Below are positions 18,555 to 28,648 of a stretch of 64,000 nt of DNA, piece by piece. The DNA lies in the NCBI GenBank assembly GCA_963790025.1, contig CAWBMP010000004.1:1024001-1088000 (forward strand), read 5' to 3'. The stretch's first letter is position 1. Each line of letters opens with the position of its first letter. A model generated the notes under the pieces. That model saw only the letters and a list, made by a program, of their open reading frames with translations. It was not told the origin of the DNA and made no database searches. The translations under genes and the position numbers were made by a program. The DNA comes from Nitrospirota bacterium (GTDB taxonomy: Bacteria > Nitrospirota > Thermodesulfovibrionia > Thermodesulfovibrionales > Dissulfurispiraceae).

Positions 18555-19301
18555 CTAATTATTTGTTGTTGCCGTCATCCAAATCGTCGCACCCCAGGGA
18601 GTATTAAATCCGATCCGGGACGTATAAGGCGGCGCCAATGAATTCACAGTTGGGGAGGAATTATCGAATATCATATTATTTCCATACGCGTCCTGGCAGT
18701 CCGCAACTCCCACGCCGAGCACCGGCTGCAGTATCTGAGCAGTGGCATTCGTCACGCACTGAATCTCGCCCATCCCTCCGCACGATGTGCCTGTAAAAAA
18801 GTTTGCCCCCACCCCACCGCTTTGCAGCTTCTCCGCCTTGAAATAATTCTCAAGCGCGGAAGTCAAAGTCGCAGCTTTATTCTGTGAGGCCCGCACCAGG
18901 GACATGCCGATTCTACAGCCATCCACAATCTGTACCTGGTCATTGCTGCCGGACGTCACATTCCCTGTTATCATGTCCATTGTTGTCGCGGTCCCTGATA
19001 GTCCCGGGAGGACAAGCGCATACCTGTGAGCATATGTCTGCCCGTTGCAATTCACTCGGTTTGAAGCAAGCAACGTCAACCCCCACCGAGCGCTGACGCC
19101 AGGCGGCACAACTTGCCCTGCATTTCCGTCGATCATAAAAATGTTGGACTGATACCAGGCCGTAATATTTTGTGACTGTTCCGCAAGTAACACCGTTTTT
19201 TCCGCTGCGGTAACACTGTTGGCGTCATAAACGGTGCCTGCCGTCATAAGTGAAAAAAAAGCGGCTATGAAAAAAAATACTGCTATAACTATTGCCGCCA
19301 T
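18555..19301 (-). CDS. Pilin-like hypothetical protein, probable paralog of the downstream prepilin
   Basis: N-terminal hydrophobic helix; C-terminus 'DAYGNNMIFDNSS..PYT...PWG' parallels 'AWGREMLLDNSS..PYT...PWS'. Confidence 0.6.
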   Translation of the reverse strand: MAAIVIAVFFFIAAFFSLMTAGTVYDANSVTAAEKTVLLAEQSQNITAWYQSNIFMIDGNAGQVVPPGVSARWGLTLLASNRVNCNGQTYAHRYALVLPGLSGTATTMDMITGNVTSGSNDQVQIVDGCRIGMSLVRASQNKAATLTSALENYFKAEKLQSGGVGANFFTGTSCGGMGEIQCVTNATAQILQPVLGVGVADCQDAYGNNMIFDNSSPTVNSLAPPYTSRIGFNTPWGATIWMTATTNN

Positions 19302-19307
19302 TATTGA

Positions 19308-20342
19308 TTATCGAAACGCTTCCTGGTCATACGAATAACGTTTTGCCTCCTCCACAGTTATATGCCCGTGGCTTACCAGCATATCGAGCGATTTGTTCAA
19401 TTGGATACACCCATTGGAAGACATCAACTGATTAGGAAGCTGCTGCAGCTTGTCGCTTCTTATAATATTGGATATCGCCCTGTTAGTTATGCATATCTCG
19501 TACGCTACGCGCACCAGTCCATTTCTGCCCCTGATAAGCTTTTGGACAAGCACAGTCCTGAGTACTGATGATAGAGACGACCTCACATTCCCTTTCATGT
19601 CTTCCGGCTGCATATCGATAAACCGGGCAACGGTTTGATGCACCGAATCCGTGTGCATTGTCGAAAGCACCAGATGCCCGGTTTCAGCGGCCTGCAGTGC
19701 TACCAGTGCAGTCTCCCTGTCTCTTATTTCTCCAACCACAATGATATCAGGATGCTGGCGCATAGCTGACCGGAGATGAGGAAGAAAGCTTTCGCCAGTC
19801 CCGGTTTCCCTTTGGCTTACTAGGGACTTTCGCTCTTTTATGATGTATTCAATCGGGTCTTCTATCAATATGATCTTTTTCCTGTAACGGTCATTTATGT
19901 ATTCGATTAACGAGGCCATTGTTGTAGACTTGCCCGATCCTGTCGGACCGCATATCAGGATGAGTCCCTGTTTTAATTCCATCGATTGATAAAGATGTTC
20001 CGGGAACCCAAGTTCTTTTAATGTCTTGATACGCGATGGTAAAAGCCTTATTGTTAGGTCCAGTCCCTGCCAGCGCTTGTCAAGATTGCACCGGAGTCTC
20101 CGTCCGTTAAAGGTGACACCGAAATCCAGAGGCAAGCTTTCAATATTGCCCTTAAAAAGAAGATCATTCAGGAGTGTTTTTATTTCATTATCATTAGTCC
20201 TGGAATCACAAATTGGTTTCATTTCGTTGTTTGTTCTGATAGAAGGATGTGAGTCCGCAGCAAAGTAGAAGTCACTTAAACCGTCCGTATCGAGGTGCCC
20301 CCGGACTATATCTATCAATTGGTTACAGTTGCCAGTGTCCAT
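19308..20342 (-). CDS. PilT/PilU-like ATPase #2
   Basis: GPTGSGKS, 'EDPIEY', 'MRQHPDIIVVGEIRD', 'TGHLVLSTMH', 'AISNIIRS'. Confidence 0.87.
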   Translation of the reverse strand: MDTGNCNQLIDIVRGHLDTDGLSDFYFAADSHPSIRTNNEMKPICDSRTNDNEIKTLLNDLLFKGNIESLPLDFGVTFNGRRLRCNLDKRWQGLDLTIRLLPSRIKTLKELGFPEHLYQSMELKQGLILICGPTGSGKSTTMASLIEYINDRYRKKIILIEDPIEYIIKERKSLVSQRETGTGESFLPHLRSAMRQHPDIIVVGEIRDRETALVALQAAETGHLVLSTMHTDSVHQTVARFIDMQPEDMKGNVRSSLSSVLRTVLVQKLIRGRNGLVRVAYEICITNRAISNIIRSDKLQQLPNQLMSSNGCIQLNKSLDMLVSHGHITVEEAKRYSYDQEAFR

Positions 20343-20446
20343 ATGATCGTCCCCAAAATAGCTTGCAATGTGCTACGTTCAGCGCACTGTAAAAAAAAGT
20401 TTTTTTATTAACGCAAAACCCTGTTCACAAAACGTAGTGCTCTGTA

Positions 20447-21040
20447 TTACCAGGTTTCTTCAACTATAAAATATATGTCCGTTGTATCCGCATTACCATC
20501 GGAAAGGCAAACTCTGTTTCCCATTTGGTCTTTTATGGCTTTTGCAGTATCGTGGGGGACCGACAGTACTTGCACGGTGTGGTCTGCCCCCGTTGGATTA
20601 TTGGCCCCAACCTGTGTACAGTTCGCACAGTTGCCAGTCCCGCCGCCGCTGCCCGTAAGTTTGACATAGTGATACGTCACCCCTGCAACAAACTGGTCAG
20701 CAACATCAATGGCCGGAGCTGTCCCGGTCGTCTTTGACGGCGTGTCCATATATGGACCTTTCCAGTAGTCCGTTACAGTTGAAGGCATAACACTTTTGTC
20801 CCATAAAAGCTGCAGCGCTGCAGGATACGAGCCGAGATCGGCCTTGTAACGTATCAACCCGGATGATATGTTTTCAACGGTTTTCATGATCGCAGCCGCA
20901 TTCCTTTTGTCAGAACTGCCCTGGAGCGTCGGCAAAATAAGTGCCAGCAAAACAATTATTATCGATATAACCATCAGGAGTTCTACAAGCGTAAAGCCTG
21001 ACTCACAAGACGCACCAAGAATTCGCTTTTTTATTCTCAT
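20447..21040 (-). CDS. GspG-like major (pseudo)pilin
   Basis: G|FTLVEL, 'YKADLGSYP', 'WKGPYM'; extra Cys-containing C-terminus. Confidence 0.8.
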   Translation of the reverse strand: MRIKKRILGASCESGFTLVELLMVISIIIVLLALILPTLQGSSDKRNAAAIMKTVENISSGLIRYKADLGSYPAALQLLWDKSVMPSTVTDYWKGPYMDTPSKTTGTAPAIDVADQFVAGVTYHYVKLTGSGGGTGNCANCTQVGANNPTGADHTVQVLSVPHDTAKAIKDQMGNRVCLSDGNADTTDIYFIVEETW

Positions 21041-21084
21041 TTCCCCCTCCTTAGTGGATTTCTATTTGAGTCGCCCGGCAAAGT

Positions 21085-21110
21085 ACTTACTTGAATATTA
21101 CTTTTTGAAA
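21085..21110 (-). promoter_or_regulatory. Conserved backbone motif copy 3
   Basis: TTTCAAAAAGTAATATTCAAGTAAGT on - strand, about 55 nt upstream of the pilin start. Confidence 0.65.
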
Positions 21111-21263
21111 CACGATAAATGGGTTGAGGTGGTTCACGTCAGTTTTATTAAAGTTCAAGGGCAAGGGGCAAAAATCGATAATTCCGACATGTTGCTATAT
21201 CAATGGGTAAACCTGCTGTATGGGTTCATTGGACTGTTTGCTTTTTTGAGGTTATGATAAACT

Positions 21264-21701
21264 CTACGGCTCAGATTCGGGCCAAGCGATAAGGCCGGTA
21301 ATCGATGCTCCATGCCAGAGCTGTCGGTCAAAGGTAGCCAGAACAACTGGCTCACCCAGCATTTCCTGCCAGAAAACCGCAGCCGCCAGATGAACGGCGT
21401 CGTATCCCCGTAATCCGTGGTCCCATGCTAGGGTAGCTGCGCGGGCTACCAGAACTTCCGTTATCTGAAAGCGAATCAGGTCCTCCCAATCAGCAGTGAC
21501 CACTTGCAATGCAGCGGCTGCCTCGTCACGCCTAAGCACGTGCATGCGGATAGCTTTCCCAAGTGCAGCTGCGACTTCAGCACGACTGATGGCAGCAGTA
21601 GCAATAACATTAGCCTTTGTTATAAGCGAAGTGACTGCCTGTGAGCCAGCTTCGGCAACATAACGCTTCAACAAAGCGCTTGCGTCCAAATATAATATCA
21701 T
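21264..21701 (-). CDS. vapC: PIN-domain toxin
   Basis: 'YLDASALLKRY..E.GS', 'LRGYDAVHLAAA', 'TFDRQL'. Confidence 0.9.
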   Translation of the reverse strand: MILYLDASALLKRYVAEAGSQAVTSLITKANVIATAAISRAEVAAALGKAIRMHVLRRDEAAAALQVVTADWEDLIRFQITEVLVARAATLAWDHGLRGYDAVHLAAAVFWQEMLGEPVVLATFDRQLWHGASITGLIAWPESEP

Positions 21702-21973
21702 TCCCGGTCCTCAATCAGCAGGTCTGCCACCGCACGCTTGCCCCGTGCTTTTGCAACTGGGGGCATCGGAGAAAGCTTTTTCCTGTTCCAGAAAACCAAG
21801 CCGGCTTTCACCATAACGTCAATGCGATCTCCTACAGGAGCGGCGGCCGGTACAATACGGCCAATTGGTGTCCCCCGTTCCGTTATAACTACCGACTCAC
21901 CAGCCTTAGTTAAACGCAAATAATGGCTTAGCCGACTCTTTAACTCACGAATACTCACTAGCGTTACAGCCAT
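21698..21973 (-). CDS. Phd/YefM antitoxin
   Basis: 'VSIRELKSRLSHYL...GESVVITERGTPIGRIVP'; GTCACA-N6-TGTGAC operator-like palindrome upstream. Confidence 0.9.
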   Translation of the reverse strand: MAVTLVSIRELKSRLSHYLRLTKAGESVVITERGTPIGRIVPAAAPVGDRIDVMVKAGLVFWNRKKLSPMPPVAKARGKRAVADLLIEDRE

Positions 21974-22151
21974 AATAAACACCTCCGTCACACTGCCTTG
22001 TGACTACATTATAGCATAACGTGACCCACACATGACAGCTGCATGGGAATTCCCAGTTTAATCCTGCTTATCGCCCTGCAACCGTCATGTCCAGAACATA
22101 GACCCGGCCCCAATTTTCCAGGAATTCCTAATTCTCAATTCTCGATTTTTC

Positions 22152-23162
22152 TTAAAGTCCGCCGAGCATACTGTATATCGGATATACCGTTATCCCGAAC
22201 AACCCTACTATTGAGAGTCCTGCAACGAGCAAAAGCGCAATGTTCAGTGTCGCGACCATTCTGCCCATCATCTTATCAAGACTCTTTATCTCGATCTCGG
22301 AAAGTTTTTTAAAGGACTTGCCTATTTTGCCGGTCGCATCTCCAACTTCCAAATAAATGACAACGTCATCGCTTGCACCGCCTCTTTCAAATGATTTAGG
22401 TACGGAGTTGCCTTCCTCCATGGCCTTGCCGGCTTCGGATAATACTTTCTTAAGAGGACCTGCAAGTGATTGTCCTACGGCATTCAATGACCTTGTCGTA
22501 TTTATGCCCGACTCATGAAAAACGGCGAGAAGCAAATAGGCTGTGGCATTTTCCTGCAAGGTCAAGACACTACTGACAACCGGTATTTTGTACAGGAAAT
22601 AATAATACCTTTTGACAAGAAAAAAAATGAGCGCTCCGGCGCCTATAATTAGCACTAAAGACAATGAAAGATTGCCTCTCAAGAATACCGACAGTGTGAA
22701 TAATGCCTTTGTGGCTGCTGGTATTTTCTTTGGATCTACGCTTTTAAAAACAGCGGCAAACCTCGGTATAAGAAATATGACCACGCCGCCGAATGTACCC
22801 GCAAGTGCCGTGATAATGCCGATCGGGTAGGAAATGGCTTTTTTGGTTCTTTCATATACCGTCTGTTTCAATTGATATACCCGACCGATCTCGGCGAATA
22901 TTACATCCAGATGGCCGGATTTTTCTCCGGCAGTTATGGCTTCTATAAGGTTATCCGGCAGTATGCCGTGAAATCCGGCGGCAATCGTCCCTTCTTCAAT
23001 GAAAATTCTTCGCCTCATGTCCTCAATTACCTGTGCCTTTCTTTTTTTTGCGAAGATGCTCTCGAGTCTCCGCAAAGTGTATCTGATATCAAGGCCATCT
23101 GCTATTGATTCTTCAAACACTTCGAGAATTATTGATATCTCTTCTATTTTTAAATCAATCAT
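22152..23162 (-). CDS. GspF/PilC inner-membrane platform protein #1
   Basis: 'GEKSGHLD', 'ISYP', 'LIPRF', 'GDATGKI'; three TM segments. Confidence 0.85.
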   Translation of the reverse strand: MIDLKIEEISIILEVFEESIADGLDIRYTLRRLESIFAKKRKAQVIEDMRRRIFIEEGTIAAGFHGILPDNLIEAITAGEKSGHLDVIFAEIGRVYQLKQTVYERTKKAISYPIGIITALAGTFGGVVIFLIPRFAAVFKSVDPKKIPAATKALFTLSVFLRGNLSLSLVLIIGAGALIFFLVKRYYYFLYKIPVVSSVLTLQENATAYLLLAVFHESGINTTRSLNAVGQSLAGPLKKVLSEAGKAMEEGNSVPKSFERGGASDDVVIYLEVGDATGKIGKSFKKLSEIEIKSLDKMMGRMVATLNIALLLVAGLSIVGLFGITVYPIYSMLGGL

Positions 23163-24769
23163 ATTACCCTCTCAATCTCCTCGTAAGAGGATATCCCGCT
23201 CAGTACCTTATATTCGGCATCCTGCCTTATATTCGGGACGATTGCGGAAGCCTGTTCCCTTGCATCTATAATATTTCCGTCGAGGGCCAGGTCAAGTGCT
23301 TCCCGTGTTGCGCTCTGAAACGGAAAGTGTTCTGAAAGCATGGTCCTGCCTTTATAGCCCGTGTTATTGCATTTGGAGCAGCCGGCTGCCTCATATACTT
23401 CCCCCTTTGGAGAAGCAGACCGGTCGGACTTTTTTTTGCATGAACAAAGAACTCTCGCCAGCCGTTGAGAAATTATGCCGAGAACAGCAGCCTCTATCAT
23501 TGAGTTCGGAATGCCTAGCCCCTGAAGCCGGGGGATAGCTTTGATTGCATCATTGGCGTGAAGTGTTGTAAAGACAAGATGCCCCGTGTTTGCCATGTCA
23601 AAAGCAATTTTAGCGCTTTCTTCATCTCTGATTTCACCGCAAAAAATGATATCGGGATCGTGCCGCAGGATGCTCCTGAGCGCGTCTGCCATAGTGAGTT
23701 TGTCGTTGACCTGTATTTGCTTCCATAAATAGTTGCGGTATTCAACAGGGTCCTCCACTGTTACAACCGAACGCGAGATAGTATTAATGGTGGCCATAGT
23801 TGAGTATATGCTCGTGCTTTTGCCTGAACCCGTAGGTCCGGTAAAAATTATCAGCCCGTGAGACTTGAGCTTTGACACATTAAGAAATTCCATGACAAAC
23901 CTGCTTACGCCGAGGTCTTCAAGCGGTAAAATACTTGTCCTTCTGTCAAGAATCCTGATGACTACGGACTCTGCGTACCCTTTTCTGCTCCAGTTGGGTA
24001 TCGTCGATACCCTGAAATCTACCGGAGCATACCTATCTTCTCCCATGAACTTCCCGTCGATCCTTCCGTCCTGCGGCTGTTGTTTTTCAACCTGATTCAT
24101 GCCGCTCTGCAATTTAATCAGGTTGGTTAGTCGGGTAAATTGGTCATCATCGAGAGCAACGAGCATTTCAAGCAGACCGTTGCGCCTCAATTTTATTCTT
24201 CCGCCCTCGACAGTAGGTTCAATGTGTATATCGGAGCATCGCTCGATGATCCCCTTTTTCAGGAGCAGGCGTAGGCCTTTTCCTGCCTGTTCTTCATGGG
24301 CAGAGCCTTTCGAGAGAGCTTTTACTATTTCATCGTCCGCTATGTGAATCAGGGATTCAAGATATCTCTGATAGGTATCACTCGAAACCACTACGAATTG
24401 CGCCTGCTTCCCCAATCGCTGTTTAACATGCCGCGCTACGGCATCTCTTTTATTTATACTCATTGGATCAACCATCCCGATCTTAACAAAAGTTCCGTTC
24501 TGCTCTATCGGAACGATCTCGTTCTCTTCTATGAATGAAAATTCAACCGGTATGTCCCGCTGTACATCATGGGTAAAGATCGAAAAATGCTCCAGTCGCC
24601 ATTGCTCCGCCAAACACAACGATAGCGTCTCCGGGTTCACCAGCGACATTTCCAGAAGTATTTCTCCTAGCGGCTTTTTTCTTATCTTTTGCTCTTTTAA
24701 AGCAAGTTCTATATATACGGCCGGGACATTATGGTCGATCAATACTTTTCCTATTTTTCTTTCAAACAC
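23159..24769 (-). CDS. GspE/PilB extension ATPase #1 with MshEN-like N-terminus
   Basis: 'SDIHIEP', 'PQDGRI', GPTGSGKS, 'LRHDPD..GEIRD', Zn-binding Cys pairs; N-terminal 'KIGKVL...EQ...PLGEILL...LAEQ'. Confidence 0.9.
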   Translation of the reverse strand: MFERKIGKVLIDHNVPAVYIELALKEQKIRKKPLGEILLEMSLVNPETLSLCLAEQWRLEHFSIFTHDVQRDIPVEFSFIEENEIVPIEQNGTFVKIGMVDPMSINKRDAVARHVKQRLGKQAQFVVVSSDTYQRYLESLIHIADDEIVKALSKGSAHEEQAGKGLRLLLKKGIIERCSDIHIEPTVEGGRIKLRRNGLLEMLVALDDDQFTRLTNLIKLQSGMNQVEKQQPQDGRIDGKFMGEDRYAPVDFRVSTIPNWSRKGYAESVVIRILDRRTSILPLEDLGVSRFVMEFLNVSKLKSHGLIIFTGPTGSGKSTSIYSTMATINTISRSVVTVEDPVEYRNYLWKQIQVNDKLTMADALRSILRHDPDIIFCGEIRDEESAKIAFDMANTGHLVFTTLHANDAIKAIPRLQGLGIPNSMIEAAVLGIISQRLARVLCSCKKKSDRSASPKGEVYEAAGCSKCNNTGYKGRTMLSEHFPFQSATREALDLALDGNIIDAREQASAIVPNIRQDAEYKVLSGISSYEEIERVI

Positions 24770-24809
24770 GCCTTTTGCTCCATACCCTTGTTAAGGTCCT
24801 TCTGCTGCG

Positions 24810-25313
24810 TTACCCTTTGAAATAACATCGCGCATTTATTTTTATTGACCTGCTGGCCAGGACATGTTTTGTATATACAACCGGCATCAACTCCTTAAGT
24901 TTTTCAAGAGAGATAATTATATGAGCAAGAGATTTGTAATTATTTATATCGATCACAAATGAAATATACTTGCCCACATCATCTGAAGACTCGGCCATTT
25001 CACTCATAGGGAAACCTTTCTTATCCGCTATATTTTTAAGGCCCAGCATAGCGTCTTCCTTTGTATCGAGATGCACGTTAAAAGCAGGCAAAGTCTTTAA
25101 ATTACGTATTTTTGCCATTAGTATTGCGGTTTTCTGCTTTTCTGCTTTCAGCCGCATTTCAAGCTCGCTGTTTTTTTTATATTGGGGCAATGTGATACTA
25201 CTGTAAATCAAAAAGGCGGCGATAATTGCCCCGACCGGCAGGACCGGTATCTTCTTCAACAGCTCTGGTAAAGCTGATTTCAATTGTTCCTCCTCGTATG
25301 CTGACCCTTGCAT
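24810..25313 (-). CDS. Hypothetical membrane-anchored pilus assembly protein (PilO/GspM-like position); start uncertain
   Basis: TM plus coiled coil; overlaps the upstream gene. Confidence 0.5.
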   Translation of the reverse strand: MQGSAYEEEQLKSALPELLKKIPVLPVGAIIAAFLIYSSITLPQYKKNSELEMRLKAEKQKTAILMAKIRNLKTLPAFNVHLDTKEDAMLGLKNIADKKGFPMSEMAESSDDVGKYISFVIDINNYKSLAHIIISLEKLKELMPVVYTKHVLASRSIKINARCYFKG

Positions 25314-26148
25314 CCTTTGCCGATTCCTTGATTCTGTATGCCTCTTCGGCATTTTGTAATGTTACTGTCCCCGTTATGTTTCTGCGTTCCGAGGTCGCAT
25401 TGATAGCTGAATATTTCCTCCCCTCGAGAAACGATAATGTCTTAATGACCTCATCGAGAGGGATGTTCACAGCATCAAGGTAAAGAGGTAATCTCGCCAG
25501 ATACTCTGTCTTAAGGTCATCCTTAATCCGCCTGTTTTCAAACTCCACTGATTCAAGGTCATTTTCCATGTTTTTTCCTTTCAGGATCAGAACAGCCCAA
25601 ATTACTATGCTCAGTAGAACGAGCGATGCACTCGCTGTAATTTGTATCAACCTGTTCCTTTTGCTTTCCTTTTCAAGGTCTCTATATGCCGGGGTACTCT
25701 CGACCGCCTCCCAAAGCTTCACAATCGGGATATTGGCGCCGTATATTTCCGTTACATTGCTCTCCGGGAGATCCAACTCATTAATTTTATTTTCTATTTC
25801 ATTTCTGTCCTCAATATCATCACTCGTAAAGCGCCATATCAAGGCACCGTTACGATAAGAAAAAACCAGGAGCCTCTTCGCAAAGTAAATGCCAACAATC
25901 GCATTCTCTCTGACGTTAAGTGTCTGAAATAGACTTTTGGCCTTTTTTATTTTCTCATTGGCAATGCTTTTCTCCAGGAAAAAATAATTGCCATGTTTGC
26001 TGTAATATTTATAGTTCCGGTCTTTCCGATCTCCAACTGTTGAATGGTCTGTTAATACTGCCAACCCTTCGGTCGACGGTAACGTGCCGCCTACATTACC
26101 GCTTCGGTCTATGTAAAATTTCTCTTTCTGAAAATCGATATAAATCAT
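25198..26148 (-). CDS. Hypothetical pilus assembly protein (GspL/PilMN-like position)
   Basis: Soluble N-terminal domain, central TM, coiled coil; coupled to the secretin gene. Confidence 0.55.
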   Translation of the reverse strand: MIYIDFQKEKFYIDRSGNVGGTLPSTEGLAVLTDHSTVGDRKDRNYKYYSKHGNYFFLEKSIANEKIKKAKSLFQTLNVRENAIVGIYFAKRLLVFSYRNGALIWRFTSDDIEDRNEIENKINELDLPESNVTEIYGANIPIVKLWEAVESTPAYRDLEKESKRNRLIQITASASLVLLSIVIWAVLILKGKNMENDLESVEFENRRIKDDLKTEYLARLPLYLDAVNIPLDEVIKTLSFLEGRKYSAINATSERRNITGTVTLQNAEEAYRIKESAKDARVSIRGGTIEISFTRAVEEDTGPAGRGNYRRLFDLQ

Positions 26149-27695
26149 TTTGCCCTCTCCACCCTCAAGGAAATCACAATTTCTGACTTGCCGCCGGTAT
26201 CATTTTGCGATTTAAACAGGGCCCCCAAAATAGGCGCCTTTGAGATAAGCGGAACTGACTTTGAGCTTATGTTCTTTTGCTCTTTCTTAATGCCTCCAAT
26301 AACGATTGTTTCGCCGTCCTTCAGAGTTACTGACTGCAAGGTCTGCTGCACCGAGGACACAGGGTTAGCAAAGGTGTTGCCGCCGATGTTGAACGTAACA
26401 TAATCATCAACACTCGCAAGAATTGGCGCTATCTGCACATCAATTCTGCCGTCATCCCTTATGTGACACCGTACTGCAAGCATAATACCGTCCTGTGCAC
26501 GTGAAATGGTATAGCTTGTCTGAGCTGTTCCAACGGTGCCGCTTATTGTCGTCTGGATGCTGCCGATATACGGAACGCTTTTGCCTGAGAAAATGGCGAC
26601 GGGCTGCAGATTCCGGGCATAGATATGGGGCTTTGAAAGCACCTGCACACTGCCTTGGTCCTCAAGGGCCTTGAGAACACCCGAGACATCTGATGCGGTC
26701 CTGGCAATAGTGAGTGTTGGGGATGTCACATCGGTCACAGTGGACACAGCCTTCAACGAAGTCCCTCCCTTAGTAAGCTGGATGCCCCCTATTTTGTTTG
26801 CCAAAATATTCCAGTCAATGCCGTATGTAAAATCTGAACTCGTCGACACCTCGTTAATTGTTGCCTCTACAAGGATAAGACGATCTGATGATTCTTTAAG
26901 TCCGTTGATGTACTGAGCAATAAGCACTATGTTCCTTGGCGAGTCCACTACCATCAGGCTCGCTGCCAGCCAGTCAACTACATAGTGGCCATCCGTGGAA
27001 AGCAGCTTCTTTATGTTTTCCTCAAACATCTTCCTGCCGTCTACCGTATCTCCCGCTTTCTTTAGTGTTACATTTGCCTTGAGGTTCTGCGAGCCTGTAT
27101 CTGCACCGCTGCTGCCATACCCTGTTCCTCCTCCTGTGCTGCTGCCGCTGTTGCTGCCGCCTACCATGTCCCCGCCCATCTCTGCCGTCATGTTCGGAGA
27201 CGTTATACTTACATCAGGAATCGAAAAGTTCCTCACTATGAGCTTCTGTACGGTTATCGTCTTGTCCTTTATCTCATATCCATAGTTCACATAACCCGTT
27301 ATAGCATCAAGTGCCTGTGATAAAGGGATGCCTCTGACATCCACTACCACCGGCAGATTGGGGTCCACCTGTGCCCCAAAGATTACCGTATATCCTGTCC
27401 CACTTCCCATTTCCAGCAAAATGTCCCCTAACCTCCGCCCATAGGAGGTCAGCGAGACAAGTGGTCCAGAGGATACCACCTGAACCCCCTTTTCTGAAGG
27501 ATGCGCAGGAGGGAGTTGAGAGGTCAGGGATGAGTCCCTGGTTAAAGAAATAATGATTTTCTTCTTTTGCTCTATTTCCTTTGTCTTATTATCTTGTGCT
27601 TCATGCCTCGCTTCTCCGGGTTCCTGAGCAAACAAGGGAGTCTGCATTTGCAGTAAAGCGAGCACAACGGCCATATAAGATATTATTTTTATCAC
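26145..27695 (-). CDS. Secretin #1 (PilN/MshL/GspD family)
   Basis: Signal peptide, STN/N domains, 'GIDW', 'LKDGETIVIGG', 'VPLISKAPILGALFKS'. Confidence 0.9.
   Translation of the reverse strand: MIKIISYMAVVLALLQMQTPLFAQEPGEARHEAQDNKTKEIEQKKKIIISLTRDSSLTSQLPPAHPSEKGVQVVSSGPLVSLTSYGRRLGDILLEMGSGTGYTVIFGAQVDPNLPVVVDVRGIPLSQALDAITGYVNYGYEIKDKTITVQKLIVRNFSIPDVSITSPNMTAEMGGDMVGGSNSGSSTGGGTGYGSSGADTGSQNLKANVTLKKAGDTVDGRKMFEENIKKLLSTDGHYVVDWLAASLMVVDSPRNIVLIAQYINGLKESSDRLILVEATINEVSTSSDFTYGIDWNILANKIGGIQLTKGGTSLKAVSTVTDVTSPTLTIARTASDVSGVLKALEDQGSVQVLSKPHIYARNLQPVAIFSGKSVPYIGSIQTTISGTVGTAQTSYTISRAQDGIMLAVRCHIRDDGRIDVQIAPILASVDDYVTFNIGGNTFANPVSSVQQTLQSVTLKDGETIVIGGIKKEQKNISSKSVPLISKAPILGALFKSQNDTGGKSEIVISLRVERAK
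26884..27480. repeat. ~597-bp direct repeat, copy A (copy B at 48510-49106)
   Basis: Manual alignment at offset 21626 shows about 5 mismatches. Confidence 0.9.
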
Positions 27696-27730
27696 TGTAG
27701 TAAAGTTTTTCGAGAAATGCCTTCAGTAAG

Positions 27731-27746
27731 ATATTACTTTCTAAAA
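27731..27746 (-). promoter_or_regulatory. Conserved backbone motif copy 4
   Basis: TTTTAGAAAGTAATAT on - strand, 36 nt upstream of secretin #1. Confidence 0.6.
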
Positions 27747-27902
27747 TCTGAAGATGTGGAGGGGCACAAATTTGACGAAACAGCCAGTTGCACATACAGC
27801 TTTAGCTAATCAGACATATTTTTCAGCGAGGAAATGTTTATTATACTTTCGGAGGACTGATGCGTAGTTGTAATTACCTGACCCGAAAGTAAACAGCTAG
27901 GT

Positions 27903-28529
27903 CTATAGGAGAACTTGTCGTGCATTACTCTCTGCGTATGGATACTCCATGTGCTTTGCTGTTGCCCGTGCAATCCCCTCGCCAAAATACCGGGTTACGA
28001 CTTTGAGTGCCATATCAATGCCGGCAGAGATTCCTGCAGATGTGATGACTCGCCCATCTTCAACAACGCGTTCATCACGCCTTACGGTAACTGACGGGAA
28101 GGACGTGCTCATCCACTCAAGAGAACGCCAATGCGTAGTTGCGCTGAGGCCATCAAGCAATCCGGCAAATCCAAGGAGCATTGAGCCGGTGCAAACAGCT
28201 GTGAGTGTTTCGACCTCAGCCGCACGTTCTTTGATCCACTCTATCATTACAGAATTGCCCATTTCCTTTCGTGTGCCCCAGCCACCGGGAACAACAAGAA
28301 TGTCGAGTTTCGGACAGACATGAAATGTATAGTCAGGTATGACTTTCATACCTCCAGCCGTGACTATAGGTTCATCTCTTTCTGAGACAAGTACGACATC
28401 AAAGGGTGATGGTTCCTCTCGCCTCTTCTCTTCATCGAGACGAACAACAGAAAAGACCTCGAAAGGGCCGCATAAGTCGAGTATCTCAACATCCTCAAAT
28501 AATATGATGCCGACCTTTTTTCTTATCAT
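27903..28529 (-). CDS. DJ-1/PfpI family protein
   Basis: 'EILDLCGPFEVF', 'VPGGWG', 'VCTGSMLL', 'TSAGISAGIDMAL'. Confidence 0.92.
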   Translation of the reverse strand: MIRKKVGIILFEDVEILDLCGPFEVFSVVRLDEEKRREEPSPFDVVLVSERDEPIVTAGGMKVIPDYTFHVCPKLDILVVPGGWGTRKEMGNSVMIEWIKERAAEVETLTAVCTGSMLLGFAGLLDGLSATTHWRSLEWMSTSFPSVTVRRDERVVEDGRVITSAGISAGIDMALKVVTRYFGEGIARATAKHMEYPYAESNARQVLL

Positions 28530-28648
28530 CTTCTCGCCTCATTGTCAATTGCAGTTAGAAATATACACAATTATAACAGGTTCCACGCTCACAATTTCAG
28601 CATGTATCGAACGGCATGAATTCCTTTTCTTTTTTTCCTGCTTAGAAT

